DNA of 64,000 bases from Candidatus Nanoarchaeia archaeon (GTDB lineage Archaea; Nanobdellota; Nanobdellia; SCGC-AAA011-G17; JAFCDX01). Below are positions 18,237 through 25,434 of the stretch, piece after piece. Positions within the stretch are counted from its first letter, which is position 1. Every line of letters starts with the position of its first letter. The notes beneath the pieces were generated by a model that was not told the DNA's origin, made no database searches, and was given only the letters and a program-made list of their open reading frames with translations. The position numbers and the translations under genes were made by a program. The DNA lies in contig JAQUOT010000001.1 of NCBI GenBank assembly GCA_028716945.1, positions 402,471-466,470 on the forward strand. The letters run 5' to 3'.

Positions 18237-18611
18237 ATGGGTCAACTTTTTTTAGATGATTTTATAAGAGAACAAGGATTTAATTCTACTGAAGAATATA
18301 TTTACTGTAGGTTAGAAGAACAAAGTGCTTTATATTTTCAAAGTTTAGATCATTATAAGAATTTATTTGAGAATGGATTAATAAAAGAAGGAATGGTAAT
18401 ACGCACTTCTGATAGAGGATTAATAGATAGAACCTATTCTGTAGATAATCAAGGAAATTTAGTAGGAATTACTAGTGGTACTTATCCTGGAGAAAATGGA
18501 ATTTTTAAACCAGAAGAAATACTTGTTGGAAATAGGATTTCTGATGGTTGGACAATAGAATCTCCAAGATTATTTGGTAAACTTTTTCAAGAATGGCGTT
18601 TAAAACAATAA
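18237..18611 (+). CDS. hypothetical protein
   Basis: 124 aa ORF with no recognisable motif. Confidence 0.4.
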   Translation: MGQLFLDDFIREQGFNSTEEYIYCRLEEQSALYFQSLDHYKNLFENGLIKEGMVIRTSDRGLIDRTYSVDNQGNLVGITSGTYPGENGIFKPEEILVGNRISDGWTIESPRLFGKLFQEWRLKQ

Positions 18612-18676
18612 AGCTTATAAATAACCTTATTTTCAAGAATAAATCCGTAAAACTACCTTTGGTAGGAGGATTATAA

Positions 18677-19477
18677 ATGGAAAAGAAAGAATTTTTAGAG
18701 GCATTAAAAGCAGTAAAAGAATCTAATAAAAGAAAGTTTTCACAAACTATCGATTTAATCATAAATTTAAAAGGTATTGATTTTAAAAAAGATGAAAATA
18801 AAATTGATTTCTTTATGACTCTCCCTTCTGGAAGAGGTAAAAAAACAAAAGTATGTGCATTCGTTGATAAAGAATTATCCAAACAAGCAAAAGAAACTTG
18901 TGATTTTGTTGTTACAAGAGATGAATTTCCAAAATATTCTTCAAATAAAAAATCTGTAAAATCTCTTTTAAGAGAATGTTCATTTTTCATAGCTCAAGCA
19001 AACATTATGACTGAAGTTGCTAAGAACTTTGGTAAAACTCTTGGAGCAAAAGGAAAAATGCCAAATCCAAAAGCAGGATGCGTTGTTCCTCCAGAATTTC
19101 CAGCAATGGCAGGTTTAGTAAAAAGATTACAAAGCACTACAAGAATCTTAACTAAAAATGAACCTTCAATTAAAGTTGCTGTTGGTACAGAAACTATGAA
19201 AGAAGAAGAAATCGTAGAAAATATTTTAGCAATACAAAGTCAATTACTTCATTTATTGCCTCAACAAGAAAATAATATCAAAGACATTTATATTAAATCA
19301 ACAATGGGTGTTCCTTATAAAATAGGAACTGGTTTTGTTAAAAAAGAAATTAAAGTTGTTGAGAAAAAACCACAACCTAAACCAGAAGTTAAACACGAAC
19401 ATAAAGTTGAAGTAAAAAAAGAAGAACACAAAGAAAAGAAAGCAGAAAAACCAAAAAAAGAAGTTAAAGAGAAATGA
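18677..19477 (+). CDS. rpl1: 50S ribosomal protein L1 with Lys/Glu-rich C-terminal tail
   Basis: KRKFSQTIDLIINLKGIDFKK ... FFMTLPSGRGK matches the L1 fold; the tail is KKPQPKPEVKHEHKVEVKKEEHKEKKAEKPKKEVKEK. Confidence 0.85.
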   Translation: MEKKEFLEALKAVKESNKRKFSQTIDLIINLKGIDFKKDENKIDFFMTLPSGRGKKTKVCAFVDKELSKQAKETCDFVVTRDEFPKYSSNKKSVKSLLRECSFFIAQANIMTEVAKNFGKTLGAKGKMPNPKAGCVVPPEFPAMAGLVKRLQSTTRILTKNEPSIKVAVGTETMKEEEIVENILAIQSQLLHLLPQQENNIKDIYIKSTMGVPYKIGTGFVKKEIKVVEKKPQPKPEVKHEHKVEVKKEEHKEKKAEKPKKEVKEK

Positions 19478-20511
19478 AAGGATTAGAAAGGAAAAAAAGA
19501 ATAGTTGAAGATTTAGCTAATTTGATGAATAAAAATCAAGTAGTTGGAATTATTGATTTAACTAATTTACCTTCATCTACTTTACAAAAAATAAGAAGCA
19601 AATTAAGAGATGATGCTAAGATAATTACTGTTAAAAAAATATTAATACAAAAAGCTATTGAAAAAGCAAAAGAAGGTAAAAAAGGATTAGAAAAATTAGA
19701 AGAGTTCTTGGGTGGAATACCTGCATTAATACTTACTAATAAAGATTCATTTAGATTATCAAAATTATTATTGCAACACAAAAGTTCAGCAGTAGCAAAG
19801 CCTGGTCAAATAGCACCAAATGATATTGTTATACCTGCAGGTCCAACAGAATTTACTCCAGGACCAGTTATTGGAGAATTGGGACAAATTGGATTAAAAA
19901 CTGCAGTTGAAAATGGAAAAATTGCAATCAAAGAAGATAAATTAATTGTTAAAAAAGGGGATATAATCAACCAAAAAATTTCAGCAGTTATTGCTAAATT
20001 AGGAATAGAACCCATGACAATTACTATGAATTTAGTAGGAACTTTTGAAAATGGATTAATCTATAAGCACGATGTATTATCAATAACAGAGGAAGAATAT
20101 ATGAACAATTTAAAACTAGCAGCATTACAAGCTTACACTTTAGCATTAAAAATAGAATATCCTGCTGAAAAAGTAATAAAGCAGATAGTAACAAATGCTG
20201 CTTTAGAAGAGAAAGCATTGGCTGCAAAATTAAATTTAAGTTTTGAAGAAACAAAAGAAGAACCTAAAATAGAAGTAAAACATGAACCTAAAATAGAAAT
20301 TAAAAAAGAAGAACCTAAAGTTGAAATTAAACAAGAACCGATAATACAAGAAAAATCTGTTAAAGTTAAAGAAGTAAAACCAGAAATAATTGAAAAAGAA
20401 GTACAGAAAGCTCCTTTGACAACTCATGATAGATTTGATGAATCTGTTGACAAAGCTCAAGAAGTATTAAAAAAACTTCAAGATCAAAAAATGAAAAAGG
20501 GTAAAACATAA
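19474..20511 (+). CDS. rpl10: 50S ribosomal protein L10 / acidic stalk protein P0
   Basis: L10 N-domain KKRIVEDLANLMNKNQVVGIIDLTNLPSSTLQKIRSKLRD. The C-terminus carries KE-rich repeats (EPKIEVKHEPKIEIKKEEPKVEIKQEP) and does not end in the P1-like GLGALFG tail. Confidence 0.85.
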   Translation: MKGLERKKRIVEDLANLMNKNQVVGIIDLTNLPSSTLQKIRSKLRDDAKIITVKKILIQKAIEKAKEGKKGLEKLEEFLGGIPALILTNKDSFRLSKLLLQHKSSAVAKPGQIAPNDIVIPAGPTEFTPGPVIGELGQIGLKTAVENGKIAIKEDKLIVKKGDIINQKISAVIAKLGIEPMTITMNLVGTFENGLIYKHDVLSITEEEYMNNLKLAALQAYTLALKIEYPAEKVIKQIVTNAALEEKALAAKLNLSFEETKEEPKIEVKHEPKIEIKKEEPKVEIKQEPIIQEKSVKVKEVKPEIIEKEVQKAPLTTHDRFDESVDKAQEVLKKLQDQKMKKGKT

Positions 20512-20531
20512 AATTTGAACAGGAGGTCAAA

Positions 20532-20813
20532 ATGGAATTAATACACGCAGCAATTTTATTGCATGAAGCCAAGAAAGATATAACTGAAGACAATGTAAAC
20601 AAACTGCTTAGTTCAGTAGGAATACACAAAGAAGCAGCACAAGTAAAATCATTGATTGCAGCGCTTGAAGGCGTAAATATCGATGATGTTATTAAAAATG
20701 CAACAGTGGCACAAGTAGCAGCTCCTGCAGCAGCAGAAGCGAAACCTAAGAAAGAAGAAAAGAAAGAAGAAGTAAAAGAAGCTGCAGCTGGATTAGGTGC
20801 ATTATTTGGATAA
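20532..20813 (+). CDS. rpl12: 50S ribosomal stalk protein L12/P1
   Basis: MELIHAAILLHEAKKDITEDNVNKLL ... AAAGLGALFG is the canonical archaeal P1. Confidence 0.85.
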   Translation: MELIHAAILLHEAKKDITEDNVNKLLSSVGIHKEAAQVKSLIAALEGVNIDDVIKNATVAQVAAPAAAEAKPKKEEKKEEVKEAAAGLGALFG

Positions 20814-20841
20814 TTTTTTTTATTTATTTTAAGGTTTTATA

Positions 20842-21729
20842 ATGGAAAATAAAAATTTAAAAAATCCGGATTCGCAACCAAAGGAAAACAATCTTAATAA
20901 AGATATGTCTATTCTAAAAAACAAACTTTCTGATTTAAACAATAAAAAAGAATTCTGGTTTAAGAAAAAAGAAGATTTGAAGAAAGATATAAATGTTTTA
21001 ATAGTGGATATTAAAAAAATAAAATTACACAGCGATAAATCTAATCAAAATCTTGAAGTAATGAAAAAAGAAAGAGACAAATATAATCATCAAGTTAAAG
21101 GTTTATTAGATCAATTATCTAAGTTGCATAAAGAAAAGACTAAAGTATTTTATAAATATCAGATAACTGAAGATCCATATAAAATTCAAAAAAGAATAGA
21201 AGCAATAGAAAAAAGATTAGAGACAGAAGTTTCTTTTGAAAATGAAAAAAAATTAATGAAACAGTTAAATGCTTTAAAAGCCATATTTAAAGAGAGTAAA
21301 ATTCGTGAATTAATAGAAAAAATAGATACAGTAGAAAAACAAGTTAGAGAATCTAAGAAAAAAGCTCAAGAATTTCATAATAGTGTAGTAAATACTTTAA
21401 AAGATACAAATGGTTATGCTTCTTTTATAGGATTATCCAGAAAAATTAATAATTTAAGATCAGAACAAGAAGCAGCTTTTGCTAAATTCATCGAATATAA
21501 ACAGGAATTTTTAAAAGTTAATGAACAATTAAAACAAAAATTAAATCAATCTAAATCAGTTTACGAAGTAATTCAAAAGAAGAAAAAAGAAGAAGTAATG
21601 AAACATGAAGTTTCTATGAGGGAAAAATTAAAAGAAAAAACCCAACATGTTCTTGAAAAATTCAGAAAGAAAAAGAGATTAGATACTAACGATATACTAA
21701 TTTTACAAGGTATGGATAAAAAAGAATAG
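20842..21729 (+). CDS. coiled-coil protein, function unknown
   Basis: 295 aa with heptad-rich K/E/L composition throughout. Confidence 0.4.
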   Translation: MENKNLKNPDSQPKENNLNKDMSILKNKLSDLNNKKEFWFKKKEDLKKDINVLIVDIKKIKLHSDKSNQNLEVMKKERDKYNHQVKGLLDQLSKLHKEKTKVFYKYQITEDPYKIQKRIEAIEKRLETEVSFENEKKLMKQLNALKAIFKESKIRELIEKIDTVEKQVRESKKKAQEFHNSVVNTLKDTNGYASFIGLSRKINNLRSEQEAAFAKFIEYKQEFLKVNEQLKQKLNQSKSVYEVIQKKKKEEVMKHEVSMREKLKEKTQHVLEKFRKKKRLDTNDILILQGMDKKE

Positions 21730-22242
21730 TTATCTTTTAAAAATACTTTTTTTATATAATTCTTTTAAATCAGAATATATAGGGATTGATTTGATTTTAA
21801 ATACCAATACTAAGAAAATCCACACGAAAGCAACATAAACTCCTGAGATTAATTTCCAAAACACCATATGTATTGCTTCAAAGTAATTTGTTCTAAACTC
21901 AATTAAAACAAATATCAATATTAATATTCTTGATATATTCATAATTAATATTAATAAACTCCCTGATAAAAACATTAAAATCCTGGTTTTGAATTTAATA
22001 TCTTTTGTAAATAATATTAGTATATATAATAGGTAATAAGCACTTCCTGCTATACAGGCGTTTATTATGTCTATACTATACTCATTGATAAAAATAGTAT
22101 TTCCTATAAGGGCAGCGTGTTTGAGTGTATATAATATATAATACACTGGGTAAATTGTTAAAGGACCAAATATTAAATAAAATAAACTTATAGGTAAAAA
22201 TATTAGAATGCACCTCAGAAATATATTATAATAATACTTCAT
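21730..22242 (-). CDS. exosortase/archaeosortase-family membrane protein (short form)
   Basis: Multi-TM, 170 aa. The Cys motif INACIAGSAYY precedes the NxxR motif IMNISRILIL, in the order seen in exosortase/archaeosortase active sites. It is divergent from the surface-protein gene. Confidence 0.45.
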   Translation of the reverse strand: MKYYYNIFLRCILIFLPISLFYLIFGPLTIYPVYYILYTLKHAALIGNTIFINEYSIDIINACIAGSAYYLLYILILFTKDIKFKTRILMFLSGSLLILIMNISRILILIFVLIEFRTNYFEAIHMVFWKLISGVYVAFVWIFLVLVFKIKSIPIYSDLKELYKKSIFKR

Positions 22243-22360
22243 AATTTTAATTTAATAAATAGTTTTAAAAATGTTTCTAAAAAAAGCCAATACCAAAACC
22301 TTTATAAATAAGATACCCTCCAAGAATAGTAACAATAAAAGAGTGAGGGGTTAGTCAATA

Positions 22361-23923
22361 ATGAAAAAACTAAATTTATTGTTGGGAATTTTGTTCCTAG
22401 TTATATTAAGTACAAGTGTTTTTAGTTTAAGTTTACCTTCAACAGTAACCTTAGATGAAAAACAAGCAGGTGAAACTGCAACAGGTTCTCTTATAATTAC
22501 AAATAATGGTGCAAACACTGTTACATTATCAGTTTATTTACAAGATTCTTCTGATTTCGAAGATGAAGACGAAGATGCTATAAGCGTTTCTTTTAATCCT
22601 GCTTCAGGTATATCAATACCTGCAACCCAAAGCAAGACAATTGCAATTTCAGCCATTATAGATGATAATGTGGATTCAGCAACTTATAAAGGAAACATAG
22701 TAATATTTGATGGTACTACTACAAGTACAGTTAAATTAGCTGTTCCAGTAGCTCCAGAAATATGTGAATCTGGAAAACAAGGAGATTTAAAAATTTCTGA
22801 TTATTCAATAAAGAAAAACCCAGATACTGATGCAGATGATGAATTTTACTTAGGTAATGATATTGAAGTAGAAATTGATGTTGATAATAATGGAGACGAT
22901 GAAGTTACTGATATCGTTGTTGAAGCTATATTATATGATTTAACAGAAGGAGAAGATGTTGCTTCAGCACAAGCAGATAAATTTGATTTACAAGACGGTA
23001 AAGATGAAACAGGAATTAAATTAACCTTAAAAGTTCCTACAGATGCAGATCCTGATGACACTTACGCAGTTTACTTTAAAGCATCCGAAGATGGTTCTGA
23101 AGAAGATAACTGTCAATATGAAAGTCAAGAAGTTGATGTTAAAACAAAAGATTATGATATGTCTATTGATTTACAAAGTATAAATCCTTCAACTGTTAAT
23201 TGTGGTTCAAATGTTGATTTCAATGTATTAGTTAAAAATACAGGAAGCAAAGATGAATCAAATGTTTATGTTAAAGTACAAGATAGTACAAAATATTTAC
23301 AAGGAACTACAGCTTCATTCGATTTAGATTCAGATGAAGATACTTCCAAAATAATTACAATAGCAGTTCCTAATAATATTACAGCAGGATCTTACACTTT
23401 TGAAGCATTCATATATTTCCACGATGGAGAATATAAATCAGATTTAAACACAGCAAACAAAATAACTGTTTCATGTGAAGTGCCAAACAAAGCACCAGTA
23501 GCAAATGCTGGTCAAGATCAAACTGTTTCAGCTAATACTTTAGTTATATTAGATGGATCACAAAGTTCAGATGCAGATGGAAATCAATTAACTTATAAAT
23601 GGGAACAAATAGGTGGAATGCAAACTCAACTAACAAATGCAAATGCAAACATAGCAACATTTACTCCAACAAGTTCAGGAGCATACTTATTCAAATTAAC
23701 TGTTAACGACGGTAAATTAGAAAGTTCAGATAATATTTTAATTACTGTTAGTGGTTCAACTTTACCAACAGGAAATGTTGTATATGAAGAAGATTCAATC
23801 TTCGGAAGCATGAGAGATGCTTTACCCACAATTGCTTGGGTATTAGGAATTATAATTTTATTACTAGGAATAACTTTCTTAGTTAAAATGATTTTCTTCA
23901 ATAGAAAATACGAACCATTATAA
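22361..23923 (+). CDS. secreted acidic cell-surface protein with PKD domain and C-terminal TM anchor
   Basis: Signal peptide MKKLNLLLGILFLVILSTSVFS. PKD motif PVANAGQDQTVSANTLVILDGSQSSDADGNQLTYKWEQ ... FKLTVNDG. C-terminal AWVLGIIILLLGITFLVKMIFFNRK. Confidence 0.7.
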   Translation: MKKLNLLLGILFLVILSTSVFSLSLPSTVTLDEKQAGETATGSLIITNNGANTVTLSVYLQDSSDFEDEDEDAISVSFNPASGISIPATQSKTIAISAIIDDNVDSATYKGNIVIFDGTTTSTVKLAVPVAPEICESGKQGDLKISDYSIKKNPDTDADDEFYLGNDIEVEIDVDNNGDDEVTDIVVEAILYDLTEGEDVASAQADKFDLQDGKDETGIKLTLKVPTDADPDDTYAVYFKASEDGSEEDNCQYESQEVDVKTKDYDMSIDLQSINPSTVNCGSNVDFNVLVKNTGSKDESNVYVKVQDSTKYLQGTTASFDLDSDEDTSKIITIAVPNNITAGSYTFEAFIYFHDGEYKSDLNTANKITVSCEVPNKAPVANAGQDQTVSANTLVILDGSQSSDADGNQLTYKWEQIGGMQTQLTNANANIATFTPTSSGAYLFKLTVNDGKLESSDNILITVSGSTLPTGNVVYEEDSIFGSMRDALPTIAWVLGIIILLLGITFLVKMIFFNRKYEPL

Positions 23924-23943
23924 ATTTTTAATTTCTTTTTAAA

Positions 23944-24522
23944 ATGAAACCAAGAAGAGAATTAACTAAACAAGAACAACTAGATTTAAATTTATTTCTT
24001 TCAAAAGCAGTTCCATTGTGTGCACAAGGTAAGCCACACATATTTCAAGCTAGTAAGGGATCGATGATGTTTATTAAAGAATCAAAAGATATCAAGACAA
24101 AGGAAAAAGGCCCTCTCGTACTTCCTTCAGGAAATTTAATTATTGTTGATGAATACTGGGGAAATATAGAAAAACTTACCGGACAATATATAATTTGTTT
24201 AGAAGATATAGATAATCCCATTTTTAAATTAGATTACCGTTCAGAAGCAATGACAAGGGGTCTGGAAAAGAATGATAAAGGAGAATTTTTACATAAAAAT
24301 AATATTAAAGAATGTATGCATGCTGCTTTATCTCAAGAAGGAAAAAAATATCCTTGGAGAGGTCCCGAATCTTTTAATTATAAGGGATATAATTATGTTC
24401 ATATTCCATCATGTACTAATATGTATTACTTGGATGGTAGAGAGTATGTTATTGAATCTAGGACCGGAGAACAACTACTTAGAACAAAATATGTTGCATC
24501 AATAATAAACCCTTTTGCATAA
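23944..24522 (+). CDS. hypothetical protein
   Basis: 192 aa ORF with no family-level motif. Confidence 0.4.
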   Translation: MKPRRELTKQEQLDLNLFLSKAVPLCAQGKPHIFQASKGSMMFIKESKDIKTKEKGPLVLPSGNLIIVDEYWGNIEKLTGQYIICLEDIDNPIFKLDYRSEAMTRGLEKNDKGEFLHKNNIKECMHAALSQEGKKYPWRGPESFNYKGYNYVHIPSCTNMYYLDGREYVIESRTGEQLLRTKYVASIINPFA

Positions 24523-24533
24523 ATTCTAAAAAG

Positions 24534-24618
24534 AGGGCGCAGCAGGACTCGAACCTGCGGATATTCGGGTACTACAACATTTTGCAGCCGAACGCGTTAG
24601 CCGCTTCGCCATACGCCC
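24534..24618 (-). tRNA. tRNA-Cys(GCA) with canonical 12-nt intron after position 37
   Basis: - Acceptor GGGCGUA/UGCGCCC with discriminator U73.
- D-arm GCGA-AGCGGCUA-ACGC.
- Anticodon stem UUCGG/CCGAA with loop CUGCAA[AAUGUUGUAGUA]C.
- T-arm GCAGG-UUCGAGU-CCUGC. Confidence 0.85.
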
Positions 24619-24711
24619 AGATTTTTGAGTATATATGCTTTCTTTATATTTGATTATAAAGCGGGCCTGGTGGGATTTGAACCCACGACCACCTGCTATC
24701 TTCCGATATGG

Positions 24712-25017
24712 CTAGAAGGCAGGTACGCTCTCTGGGGAAGAAGGAAATATATTATTTGACACTTCGCTTAATATAATATCCATAACCCTTCTTAGTAATA
24801 CATCACTTACATATATGCTCGCCGTACCATATTTTGATTTTTTTTCTTTTTGTGGTTTTGAAGCAATTTCAATTAATTTTTTATTTAATTTTAAATTTTT
24901 GCTCCAATATTCTTTTAGTAATAATGTATTACATTTTTTTCCATACTTAATTTTTATTGATTTTTGAGGTAAGTCTTCAATTTTTAAAATTTCAGTTTCA
25001 TTTAAAACTTGTATACC
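24712..25017 (-). pseudogene. continuation of the homing-endonuclease reading frame in a different frame (apparent frameshift); ends at UAG inside the tRNA-Arg anticodon loop
   Basis: The open frame encodes ETEILKIEDLPQKSIKIKYGKKCNTLLLKEYWSKN ... SNNIFPSSPESVPAF, about 100 aa. It overlaps the N-terminal ORF by about 15 nt. Together the two frames give about 200 aa, typical of a single-motif LAGLIDADG enzyme. Confidence 0.4.
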
Positions 25018-25328
25018 CTAAAAATTGTTTTAGGGTCATTATTTGTTACTGAAAATCTATACATACTTGATTTTACTCCTTTACTTTTTAAACCCTCTCC
25101 TTCAATAAAACCCATTGCCCAAATAAATTTTTCATTTATTTTGAGGTATCTAGGAAACTTTCTTGAAATTTCTCTTTTTATTCTTCCTTCCGTGATATAG
25201 GAAACTAAAACTTCATTTTTATTTATCGGTTTTACTTTTAAGGGATGTTCATACCCATTTCTATTCAGATAGGTATATTTCCCTTCTAATGTCCTTATCA
25301 GGTCTATATTCAAATTTCCTTCTTCCTA
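24731..25328 (-). mobile_element. large tRNA-Arg D-loop intron carrying a homing-endonuclease ORF
   Basis: Bounded by the two tRNA-Arg exons; a 9-bp terminal helix; contains the two ORF halves below. Confidence 0.55.
25002..25313 (-). CDS. intron-encoded LAGLIDADG-type homing endonuclease, N-terminal part (TTG start; ORF continues in another frame)
   Basis: INEKFIWAMGFIEGEGLKSKGV matches the LAGLIDADG pattern; compare I-CreI NKEFLLYLAGFVDGDGS. 103 aa, then a stop. Confidence 0.5.
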   Translation of the reverse strand: MNIDLIRTLEGKYTYLNRNGYEHPLKVKPINKNEVLVSYITEGRIKREISRKFPRYLKINEKFIWAMGFIEGEGLKSKGVKSSMYRFSVTNNDPKTIFRVYKF

Positions 25329-25434
25329 TCCAGCCTGCGCTACAGGCCCATATAATACTTCTTATAGTTTTATTTATAAACGTTTTGTTATTAAGTATAG
25401 AAAGATTTTAATATATTCTAAATTACTTGATTTT

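Larger units (their letters stand above)
24662..25348 (-). tRNA. tRNA-Arg(UCU) interrupted by a roughly 598-nt D-loop intron and a 15-nt anticodon-loop intron
   Basis: - Exon 1 (25348..25329): GGGCCUG-UA-GCGC-AGGCUGG.
- Exon 2 (24730..24662): GA-GCGU-A-CCUGC-CUUCUA[GCCAUAUCGGAAGAU]A-GCAGG-UGGUC-GUGGG-UUCAAAU-CCCAC-CAGGCCC-G.
- Acceptor and D-stems pair only when the two exons are joined.
- Intron termini GGAAGAAGG / CCUUCUUCC are perfectly complementary.
- Exon 1 CUGG pairs with intron CCAG. Confidence 0.65.

Noticed and set aside
19536-20629. Several minus-strand ORFs (81, 69, 76, 74, 87 aa) within L10/P0 and P1
   Set aside because: Antisense to ribosomal protein genes; Phe/Leu-rich low-complexity products from the reverse of K/E-rich coding.
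24662-24745. Possible trans-split 3' tRNA half (Nanoarchaeum-style split tRNA gene) with a GC-rich leader
   Set aside because: The matching 5' piece lies co-linear on the same strand 598 nt upstream and the intervening termini are self-complementary. A cis intron explains this more simply.
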